The translations under genes and the position numbers were made by a program. This document shows positions 52,882 through 64,000 of a stretch of 64,000 nucleotides of DNA, piece after piece. Position 1 is the first letter of the stretch. Each line of letters opens with the position of its first letter. This DNA is from the human T2T-CHM13v2.0 reference genome, Homo sapiens: the NCBI RefSeq assembly GCF_009914755.1, contig NC_060945.1. One strand, 5' to 3'. The notes under the pieces are model-generated. The model saw nothing but the letters and a program-made list of their open reading frames with translations. It searched no databases and was not told where the DNA came from.

Positions 52882-55649
52882 GTAATTCATTTAGTTTTTA
52901 TTCTTCAGTGTGAAGCATTTGTCTTTAATGCAATACAGAAGTGTTTTCTGGGATAGACGGCTTTGTGAATTAATCTTGCTGATGCCAGTTACTTCCTATT
53001 TTCCCTTTTTGAGTGCCTTTTTTGTTGTTGGCATTTTATAGAATTTTAGATAGGGGCACTTAAAAAGGAAGATTCAAAAACATGTCTGTAAACATGAATA
53101 GAAATCATTTAGCTTCAGAGTCTGGAGTATGTCTTTGGAAAGATATTTATAAAACTTTAAAGTTTGTAGCTTTGAGCTACAGAAAAGGTTTTTCTCCCAG
53201 AGACAGATGCTTATATGAGATTTCCTTTGCCGCACTCTTCATTAATGACTTTTCTACATTAAAACTGTTCTTCATGCTGCAGAAAGCAAGGCTGAGCAAC
53301 CATTGTGAAAATATTTCCCCTTTAAAAGAATGGAGAGCAAATTCCTTACATTCTGCACTCCAGGTTAATACCAGTTTTTAATTCAACTTAATGTTTTAAG
53401 TCATTAAAATCTAGATTTTTTTTCTCAAAACCAGATTCAAAAGTTGTCCATGACTATACACATCACAAGCTACTGGTTTTTGGACCTAAATTGCTGCTTT
53501 AAAAGCTGTTGATGTTTTTTTTTTTCTCTTTGTATAATATGAAATAATTAATAGAAAATGCCTTAGTGAAAAGATGTGTCTAGCCCGGAGAACAGCTGAA
53601 CACAGGCGTGATCAGTGCCTCTGCCTCTGTGTCTTCTGGGCGCCCCCTTAGTGTCCCCCACCCGACAGGACTGGAGTACAGCGCTTCACCACCACAGGGC
53701 CCTTGGGACATGCTGTGGCAGGAGATGGCTGTTTCTTCAGGAAGTAAAATTAACCTCGGTTTTTTGGTGTGGCTTCCTAAGAAGAAGAACAGATGAATCT
53801 CAAAGTCAGCAATCTTGTAATAGTACCTTGTAATATAACAAAGGTGACAGCACCTAATGGAAGTCTGTGTCTGGGAGTGGGGAACCCCTGACCCTGGGCC
53901 CTCTGTGCACCGTGCTGCCAGGTGCTTGTGTCCAGGGCTGGGGATGCCACACCCTCGATGCTTTCCTGGACTGACGGGCGGTCTCAGGACAGCCAATCTG
54001 TGCGGCCCCCTCTGCCCTCACCTCAAGAGGTCACAGCATTGGCCTGTTTTTGTTTCCTCAGTTAAGCTTTGGAAATTGAGATGTCACTAAGACAGGCAAT
54101 AGGGAGTAAAACAAAGGCACAGGCAAAAACTAAAGGACATTTTTACCAAATACCCTCAATTTAGAATTACCACCACTTTTCCCATGGACACTCATCACTA
54201 ATTATTTAAGTTGGGAAAAATATTGAGAAGTACAAGAATAATTCTGTCATCATTCTTTTGGAATTTACTGTGATTCAAGCTTAAAATGTCTTTTTCATGC
54301 ATTCCATAATCTCATTCTGCAGTGGGAAAACCACTCTCAAATATGTTGCATTTTCAGACCAAGGTTATAAGAAATTGAGAGGGTTATAAGATGTAACAAT
54401 GAGGCCCACATATTAAATGGCTTGTGTTCCTTGGTCATTCCTATGTGAGTAAGTTCATTGTGAGTGTTACTAAACAGTATCATGTTATGTGTTAGTTCTC
54501 GCTGTTGGTATTTTGTAATAAGCATTATCTTTGAAACTAATAAAAATACCTTTGAAATTATCGATATTATTAAGATTGGCCATCACATTTATACCAAACT
54601 GGCAAAGTTTTATAAGATGTAAAATAGTCTTTTATACTGTATATTTCTAAGGTACTGTAAATCATGTGTATTGCATGGTTTTTTCCCTAAGACTGATACA
54701 ATGTACGCCTTTTAAAATGTAATTCTTTGATGAAAACAATGTAGTAGCAAGTTACGGGTTTTAGTTGGCTTCAGTGGCAATATAATTTCAGTGATTTTTT
54801 TCATCACTCCTGAATTATACTTGCAGTTACTCCCTTCCACAGGGCAAATAATTGACTGTTGACTGTGTGTGAGCCTCAGATGGGTTAGCTTAATCATCAG
54901 GAAAATAGGGCTAAAGAATAATGTACCATTTAAATACTGGCCAGAGTCCCCATCAAGCAGACACTGCCACCCTGGCAGATGCTGCCAGCACGAGACCTGG
55001 GAGAGGTCTGGGAGCCACAGGGCAGGATTCTGAGTAGCAGTTAGTGCCCATATATGGAGCGCTTCCTGCACCCAGCCAGTGCTCAGTGGCTGCTGCTGTA
55101 GCCTCATTCACTCACAGCACTGCTGCTAAGTTCATGACCAGTGGGAGGGGAGAGAGATGGGAACAAAGAGGCAGTCCTTCAGTCCCCACCCTCCTGCTGT
55201 CTGAATAGCATCCTGTATTTCCAGATGTATTTCTCACTGAGTGTTTTGTTTGTCCCCTATGTGATAACATCCTTATCTGTGCTTAGTCGTGTATGCACAT
55301 GTGAAGACCACTGTCCTCTGGCAGCAGTTCTGAACTGTGTTTTAGTCTGAGGCTGGGCTCCCCCATGTTTCCAGGATAGAGGTGAACAGGGTGTGGGGAC
55401 CTCTGTGGAGCTGGAGGTCCAAACGTAGAGAGGCCTGCTCCCCCTGAGTACTTCTGGAGGAGAAGCCCTGGAACTCCTGACCTTCACCCTTCACAGAGTG
55501 AGCAGAGCCAGTTGGCCAAGGGGAGGAAGCAGGCGGCTGTCGTACCAGCCTCCTTCTCTGGTGCCAGCCATGACTCTCACCTTACAAAGAGAGCAACCCT
55601 TTGTGAGATGCAGAGCATGGTAGCACCTGGAGGTATAGGACGGGATGGC

Positions 55650-57640
55650 ATTTATCCACCCATCCATATACCAGTCCATCTACTCATTGTAGTCCATCCA
55701 TCTGTCCGTCAACCTATCATCCATCTGTTCACTCATTTACCCATCTACCCACCCATCCATCATCCATCCACTCACCCATCCATCCACCCATCTACCCATG
55801 CATCCATCATCCATCTCTCCATGCATCCATCATCCATCTCTCCATCTAGTCATCCATCTATCTGCGCATCTACCCATCACCCATCTATTCATCCATCCAC
55901 CCACCCACCCACCCATCATCACCTATCATCCATCATCCATTCATCCATCCATCCACCCACCCACCCATCATCACCCATTACCCATTATCCATCATCCATC
56001 CATCCATCCACCCACCCACCCATCATCCATTCATCCAACCATTCATCCACCCACCCACCCTCATCACCCATTACCCATCATCCATCATCCACCCACCCAC
56101 CCATCATCCCCCATCATCCATCATCCAGCCATCCACCCACCCACCCACCATCACCCATTACCCATCATCCATCATCCACTCACCCACCCACCATCACCCA
56201 TCATCCACCCACCCAACCACCCACCATCACCCATCATCCATTCATCCATCCATCTGCCCACCCACCCATCATCCATTCATCCATCCATCCATCCACCCAT
56301 CATCACCTATCATCCATCATCCATTCATCCACCCATCCATCCACCTACCCATCATCACCCATCATCTGTCATCCATCCATCCATCCACCCACCCACCCAC
56401 CCATCATCACCCATCACCCATCATCTATCTATCCATCCATCCACCCATCCATCATTACCCATCATCCATCTATCCATGCACCCACCCACCATCACCCATC
56501 ATCCACCCACCCAACCACCCACCATCACCCATCATCCATCATCCATTCATCCATCCATCTGCCCACCCACCCATCATCCATTCATCCATCCATCCACCCA
56601 CCCATCATCACCTATCATCCATCATCCATTCATCCATCCATCCATCCACCTACCCATCATCACCCATCATCTGTCATCCATCCATCCATCCACCCACCCA
56701 CCCATCATCACCCATCACCCATCATCTATCCAGCCATCCATCCACCCACCCATCATCACCCATCACCCATCATCCATCCATCCATCCACCCACCCATCAT
56801 CACCCATCACCCATCATCCATCTATCCATCCACCCACCCATCATCACCCATCACCCATCATCCATCCATCCATCCATCCACCCACCCATCATCACCCATC
56901 ACCCATCATCTATCTATCCATCCATCCACCCACCCATCATTACCCATCATCCATCTATCCATGCACCCACCCACCATCACCCATCATCCACCCACCCAAC
57001 CACCCACCATCACCCATCATCCATCATCCATTCATCCATCCATCTGCCCACCCACCCATCATCCATTCATCCATCCATCCACCCACCCATCATCACCTAT
57101 CATCCATCATCCATTCATCCATCCATCCATCCACCTACCCATCATCACCCATCATCTGTCATCCATCCATCCATCCACCCACCCACCCATCATCACCCAT
57201 CACCCATCATCTATCCAGCCATCCATCCACCCACCCATCATCACCCATCACCCATCATCCATCCATCCATCCACCCACCCATCATCACCCATCACCCATC
57301 ATCCATCTATCCATCCACCCACCCATCATCACCCATCACCCATCATCCATCCATCCATCCATCCACCCACCCATCATCACCCATCATCCATCATCCATTC
57401 GTCCATCCATCCACCCACCCATCATCACCCATCATCCATCATCCATTCATCCATCCACCCACGCACCCACCCACCCACCCATCATCACCCATCACCCATC
57501 ATCCATTCATCCATCCATCCACCCATGCACCCACTCATCATCATCCATCATCTGTCTTCCATCCATCCACCCACCCACTCACCCATCACCCATCAGCCAT
57601 CATCTGTCATCCATTCATCCATCCACCCCCCCACGCACCC
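55650..57640. repeat. About 2-kb (CCAT/CCAC/CAT)n low-complexity VNTR
   Basis: Directly visible; almost G-free + strand; internal duplication with period of about 485 bp. Confidence 0.97.
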
Positions 57641-60048
57641 ACTTCTCTACATTGTTCCGTTCATCCAACAAGTACTCATTACACCCTTCTCTGCATGCTG
57701 GCACCAGGGGTTTGAACATGCTTAGGGAAGATGGGGGTAATGGGATGGCAGTGGCAGGGGGCAGCCACAGCTTTCAGGCTTGAGGTTTGTTCTGGAATGG
57801 GCCACCTGAAATCCCACTAGGTGCATGAAGAGGATGGATTTATGTGATTTGTCACTGCTGCACTGTATGTGTAGTAGTGGGGAGGGATATTCTCCAGTAT
57901 CTGGTGAGAAAGGAAGACACCATTCTCTAGCAGTGTCTGCCAGGAGAGGGGCCCAAGTAAGGAAAGTTGAACCCCCAGTGGACAGCAGCGTTATGGATAG
58001 AAGGCCCAGATCTCCTAGAACCCGTTGTAATGGCTATGTGTGTACCTTTCACTGCATCTGTGCTGATGGGCCTCGCAGCACAAGAAAGACTCTGCTGCCT
58101 GGGCAGGAGCTCCTCTCAGCTACAGGGTGCATTTCAAGCACAGGTGCATACACTCTAGGTTAACAGTTGAAATTCTAAAGTAAGCATGTAGAAGTAGATT
58201 TGTGAAATTGCACTTGAAATACCATGGAAATTGGATCCAAAGCAGATTGAACAGTGCCAATTCTTAGTGCAGTTATAAGTGTTAATATTGAAAATAAAGT
58301 TTACATCGTTGTCTTTTTTTTCCCTTTGATTCCAGAAAATTAACTACAATTTTCAAATAAGCAGGAACTTACTTAGGTTGTGTTAAGTAGAGCAAAGTGG
58401 ACAGTCTTTCAAATGCATTGCTGCTGCGTTTGCACTGTGAAGGACGGAGCAACTTCACGAAGGCAGGGCCCTGTGAAGGTTTGTGCTCTCGTGTGCCGGC
58501 TCTGACCTGTGATTTTGTTGCTGGATGTCTCCTTCAGCAGTTCATGTGGCTTTCTAAAGCTTGCCATTGCTTAGGCATGCCTGACTGAGGCGGGAAACAA
58601 GCGTGTGGATCAGTGTGGCTCTGTATGTGTGAACATGTATGGACATATGTGCATAGGGTGGGGGTAACGAGGGAGAGGGACAAGAAGGGCCAGGGCTTGT
58701 GACCACATCAGAAGCAAGGGTGATGCTCTGTGGCACAGCTGGCCCTCGAAGTCACTCAGGGACCTAGGTTTCTTCCATCCTTAAGCTCTGTTCTCTAACA
58801 GAAGTCACCCTGGCAGTTGCTTCTAGTCCAGCAATAGAAAGGTGAGAAAGAATACAGAGAAGCACGCAGGAAGCTGTGTGAGTTGGCCCAGATGCAGTGG
58901 CACACACCACAAATTGCACAGCACCCCCACAGGAGGCGAGCCTGTGTCCTTGCCCATCACCTCTTTCCAGCTGGTGTCCAGACCTCGGGGTGATCACTGA
59001 TTGTTGTTTCGTTGGTCTGGCTGTGGCTCTTCTTGGGCCAGCAGCCTGGGAGCCACACAGGGACAGGGTAACTGCGATAAAATACAATTATGCAGGAGAG
59101 GAGGCGGAAGGGCCCAGCCTGGCCCTGTCTGGCCAGCTTCCTGCACCCTGCACAGCAGGGAGCATCCTCATTCTCCAGACCCTGATTCTTCTCGGGTTGG
59201 GGCGGGAGGGGGGAACTCCCTTGTCCATTGTTCTCTCAGCCACTGGCCTCATCCTTTGGGGGTTCTTTCTGATCATCGCCTCCAGAGTCCCATCTGAAGA
59301 GGGTATCAGTGTAGAACACAGTGAGGCAGAATGTGGAAGCAAACGGGACCATCTGGAAGTTTTGCTCTAGGCCTTATAAAACACATAATTTGTTAGGTGT
59401 AAAATATATAGTATGTTGTAGTAGTGATAATAGGATGGAATAAATGCCTTAGATTTGCAAAATTGGGTCAGAGAGTTTAGGGATCTTTGGTCCTGTACCA
59501 GTGACATCATTTTGTGGCTCTTGGGGATTTGGGGAGGGACCTCCCCGAGGCCACTGTGCAGCAGCCTCATGCCCAGGGCTCACAGGTCCCATATGTGTTT
59601 CCTCCACCAAAGCACCCTGAGCTGTCCTACCTTCCTCACATCCCCACACCCCGCGGGTGTCCCTCTGCTTAGCAGCTATTTATTCTGCCTGTATTTGGGC
59701 CAACTGCACAGGCTGTCTGAGACCTGACAGTATGCTAGAATGTACAGGGCATACAATATTTTGTGTAATATCATGGAAAAGTGTGCCGTTCTTTCGGTTG
59801 ACGGTGGTTGCAGATAAGACTGCAGAGACAGCTTGTGGTGGGTTGGAGTGTGACTCAGTCTCCCGTGGGTCTGCTCCCCTTCCAGACTGCATGTGGAATT
59901 CTGTATAGAGTAAGGCATATTCGTGTATGTGGGAGGGAGGCTTAGAATAAAATTTATTTTTTTTCTTATGGAAGCAGTACATGTTCATTGTAAGAATTAG
60001 GAAACATAGATACAAAATAAACTTTATGAAAAAGCAAAGGTGATCATC

Positions 60049-60405
60049 TGCATTAGTCTGTTTTCACACTGCTAATAAAGACTGAATAATTTATAAAGTA
60101 AGGTTTAATTGACTCACCGTTCCACATGACTGCAGAGGCCTCTCAATCATGACGGAAGATGAAGGAGGAACAAAGGGACGTCTTATATGGCAGCCAGCAA
60201 AGAGAGAAATGAGAACCAAGCGAAAGGGGAAACTCCTTTTAAAAAGTCAGATCTCATGAGACTTCTTCACTACCACGAGAACAGTATGGGGGAAACTGCA
60301 CCTGTGATTCAATTATCTCCCACTGGGTCCCTCCCACACTCGTGGGAATTATGGGAGCTACAATTCAAGACGAGATTTGGGTGGGGACACAGCCAAACTA
60401 TATCA
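60049..60405 (-). mobile_element. THE1 (MaLR) solo LTR
   Basis: tgcattagtctgttttcacactgctaataaagac...gggtggggacacagccaaactatatca; perfect 5-bp TSD tcatc. Confidence 0.95.
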
Positions 60406-62065
60406 TCATCCTTGAAGCTAAATCTTTGAATGGGAGCAAAACCATAATAATTTTCTTCCAATTCGTAGTACTAGAATTAGATTTAGAAGTGTTTAAGGCT
60501 TTATATTTTTGTCTTACTATGACCAGGGGCTCAGTAATGCCTTACTTCTGCCTTGGAGGATGATGTGAGCATACAAGAGGGGTGGCCGCATCCCTCCAGC
60601 TTCATTCCTGGTGTCCAATGGGAGGCGAATAGGCCCCTTTGCACCTCTTAACCACCATAGTCCTCTCCCATTGCCAGCCTCTTCTGACTTTTGGGATTGT
60701 TTTACCCTCTGGACAGCAGTGTGAACAAGGTATGTCAGGCCAAGGGGGCTGCTCCCCATGGGAGGCCTGGCCGTGTTGGCTTCCAAGAGGCCAGATGGGT
60801 GCTGCTCACCATAGAAAGTGACCCTTTTCCCTGTTCCTGAGCCAACCTGTCACTTCCATGCGCTGTGTGTCACTTTGAAAACTATCTTTGCTTTCTGCAA
60901 AATGAAAGGAAACTTTCAAAAGTCAACGTATTAAAGCCTGTTTGCATTTATTCTTTTATGAATTTTGCTCACATTTTTTAATTGGGTGTTTGTCTAAAGA
61001 CAATTATCGATCATAGTAGGCTGCTGGAAGGTTGACCACAGAAACCTGGTTCTCTTTCAGGGAGGTCACCATGTCTGCCTCCAGGCCCATCGGGTAGGGG
61101 CTGCCTTCTGTCAAGGCACATGCTCCAGGTCCCTTAGATGGAAGGAAAACACATGGTCTTTATCCAGTGGACTCAGGGTGCAGGTAACTGAAGGAATTAA
61201 CCTCCATCATTTTCACAGATCCTCGTAGAGCTGGACCGAAGGAGGTGGGAGATCCCTGCCGGGAGCCGCTGCAGTGGGAGGGCTTACAGACGTTCGCATA
61301 GTCTCTTTCTGTTTGGTTGTTTTAACTCCCATTAAAAGGAGTGGCTTTCAGCCTTCTTGCTTACTGTCTTGTGATGTATGTGTGTTCACATGTTCCATGC
61401 ACATTTGTAACGCTTACCATGCTCTCTGATTCAGCTTTGTTCCCTTAGAGTTGCCCCAGCACTGCTTTGCCATGATGATTGTGGTTTTTAAAATACTTCC
61501 AGTTGCTTACTTCTGTTTAGTTATCTCAGTGCTAAATATTGTTAATTAATTAAATATAAGCAGCATGTTCTAGATTTTATGTGTCTGGAATTCTTACTAA
61601 AAATCTTCCTGGATATGACTTCCAGTCATAACGTTATGGATTTTATTGTAAACAAGGTAGAATTTTATTTGCCTTTTAATCATTTCATTATGGTGAGTGT
61701 CCTCCTTACAGAGCGTGTACTGAATTTGGGTTTTACTCCTTTTTTGTTCATTTCCACAAGTTGAACTCTGTGTTATTATCCTATTTTCTGTTAGGGTCAT
61801 TGTGTTGTTAAGTAATCGACTTACATAGAAGGTGTGCACCTAGAAGGTTAACAGAAAACAAGTTGAAACATGACTGAAAATATATTTCTGTAAGAATTAC
61901 TGTAATTCTTCTGAGAGTATAAATAGCCAGGGTTTTAAAGATCTGCTTTATAGGATTTATACTGCAAATAACTTGGCAGGATTAATTGGCCTGCATTTGC
62001 TTGCTGTAGTCAGTACCATCTAGTGTTTTAGTCAATATCAGTTTTTGTAGTGTGGATGAGGCTGG

Positions 62066-63543
62066 TGATGGCAGCTGCAGCCTGTCTGGAGTTGCTGCTG
62101 CCGTGGTGTCAGCTGCAGCGGGGGAGGCTAGGGCTCTGTGCTCCGCAAGTTGGTGGGAACCGGGAACAGGTGGAAGCCCCACCCCCTTCCAAGTTGGAGG
62201 GGCAGGAGCCCCGCCATCCTGGGCACAGCTGCAGCCGTCCATTAGAAGCTGTGGACCCAGGCATCCCTGCACTCACCGGGGCCCAGGAAGCCCCCCTGCC
62301 CCGACAGGCTGAGAAGTGCCTGCTCCCACTGCTTGGTCTCTCCCCACTCCCAGCACCTGCTCCAGTTTCAGATCAAAGTTGTGGCCGAGCTGGGACACTG
62401 TCACAACCTGGCTGGGTGTGTGTTTGCTCAGGGCAGTGCTGACATGCCAGCACCCTGCTGCCTCGGCACCCCCAGACTTTGGGTGCTGACAAGCATGAGA
62501 GGGAGGCCAACGCGGGGCTGAGGGAAGCACAGCGCAGGCCTTGCAGCCGCCCCTCGGCAGGAACACTCTGGATGCCATGCACACTGTGGATGGCAGGATA
62601 ATGGTGGCCGGAGGCAGACAAGCTCCTGGGAAGAAAGGGGAGGGTCCCTGGTGAAACTCCACCTTCAGCTTACAGAGGGCTTAAGGCCTGGGGCCCAGGC
62701 TGTCAGTTCCACAGACCGGAGTGAGAACTTACGGTGCTTTTCCAGGGCTCACCCGTGACTGCCCATGCACCAATCAGCACACACTTTCCTCTGAAGCCCA
62801 TAAAAACCCCCGGACTCAGCCAGACTTGGGCAGAAGACAGGACGACCTGCTTATGGAGAATAGCTGCCCACTGTGGGTCTCTCTGAGCTGTTCTGTCACT
62901 CAATGAAGCACCTCTTCACATTGCTCACCTTCCACTTGTCCACGCACCTCATTCTTCCTGGACATGGGAGAAGAACTCAGGACCTGCTGAATGGCAGGTC
63001 TGAAAGAGCTGTAACACAAACAGGGCTGAAACACACCCATTGTTTGCCACATTGCAGGCAATGAGGAGAGGAGGAGAGAAGGAGAGAAGAGCTGCAGCCC
63101 TTCAAGGAGCCCAGACCTAGGAGCTCCCTGAGCCAGGGCAGTGATGCCCCCTTTGGGGCCCTGCGGTTCCTGGTGTTTCCAAGCTTCTGGGCACTACCGT
63201 ATTCCCTGGTTTCAGCCATGGAAGCTGTGTGTGGTATGCCTGGTTCAGCTGCAGCCTTGCAGGGAGCCAGTGTCCATGCCAGTGCCTAGGTCTGCCCGTC
63301 TCACCTGCCTGGCTGTACACAATGGCTGGACCCCACGCCCACTCACTCACACACCCCTTGCCACTCCACACCTGGCTCCCCCTTGGCAGGCATGGGATCC
63401 AGGCTGGAAGTGTGAGCCGAGCGCAGCCTGCCAGGCTGTGTGGGCAGAATGAGCCCAGCAGGCCCAAGCAAAACTCGGGTAAAGGCGCCACCAGTGATGG
63501 AGGTTTCTGGCCAGAAAAATGATACCCTGAGGATCCTATGACA
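62066..63543 (+). mobile_element. MER52 (ERV1) solo LTR, about 1.48 kb
   Basis: Begins tgatggcagctgcagcctgtctggag and ends ggatcctatgaca (TG...CA); 4-bp TSD ctgg; internal ccaatcagc and cataaaaaccc promoter motifs. Confidence 0.88.
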
Positions 63544-63754
63544 CTGGGTTCTGATTTACCAAAAAGAGCCACACCTGACTAGGGACATGGGGAAGCAGGG
63601 GCATGCAGGTCTGTCCATGAAAGCCCCACTCCTTGCTTTAGGGACAGTAGCTGATGCCCATGAGCGCTCCTTCATGCAGGTGCTGTGCTAGCACTGAATC
63701 ACCAGGGCTTGCTCCGCCTATAGAACCACAACCAAGAAGATGGGAGAGACTCTC

Positions 63755-63935
63755 AGCTCACAGCACCAGACACTTCAGACCCAGGTTGGAGAGCTCAAAG
63801 GCCTGAAACAGGCTCCAAGAAGATGTGAGTCTGAATTCACAGCACCAGACACTTCAGACCCAGATGTGAATCTTAACTCACAGCACCAGACACTTCAGAC
63901 CCAGGTCGGAGAGCTCGAGGGCCTGAAACAGGCTC
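63755..63935. repeat. Complex local repeat (tcacagcaccagacacttcagaccc x3)
   Basis: Copies near 63757, 63837 and 63877; ggagagctc...ggcctgaaacaggctc occurs twice. Confidence 0.85.
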
Positions 63936-64000
63936 AGTCCCAGACTCTCACCCAGTGCTCCCTTGCCCGCTCGGCCAACTGTCGTTTTGCAGACGGCAGG

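Noticed and set aside
55512-57783. 737-aa and 661-aa His/Pro/Ser/Ile-rich ORFs
   Set aside because: They are translations of the CCAT/CCAC repeat, which has few possible stop codons; there are no coding hallmarks.

Overview
Human (primate) genomic DNA, repeat-rich and almost entirely intronic. From memory of the mRNA, I recognise it as the 5' part of ADARB1 (ADAR2, the A-to-I RNA editing enzyme; 21q22.3) on the + strand. The non-coding 172-nt 5'UTR exon lies at 28600-28771. The alternative coding 'exon 0' at about 52782-52881 encodes the arginine-rich (ADAR3-like R-domain) N-terminal extension. The first exon and main coding exons lie outside the window. The most striking unexplained feature is a CpG island at about 1.0-1.75 kb containing an antisense, apparently intronless 77-aa ORF (1096-1329, - strand). 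It has a strong Kozak context, a signal peptide, a short S/T/P-rich segment with an N-glycosylation sequon, a GPI-anchor-type tail and a downstream ATTAAA, which together resemble a CD24/CD52-like microprotein gene nested in the ADARB1 intron. The rest consists of 14 Alus (several in inverted arrangements), old L1/L2 fragments, MER1A and MER58 DNA transposons, THE1, MLT1 and MER52 LTRs, microsatellites and several VNTRs. Almost all long ORFs in the supplied track are repeat artefacts.
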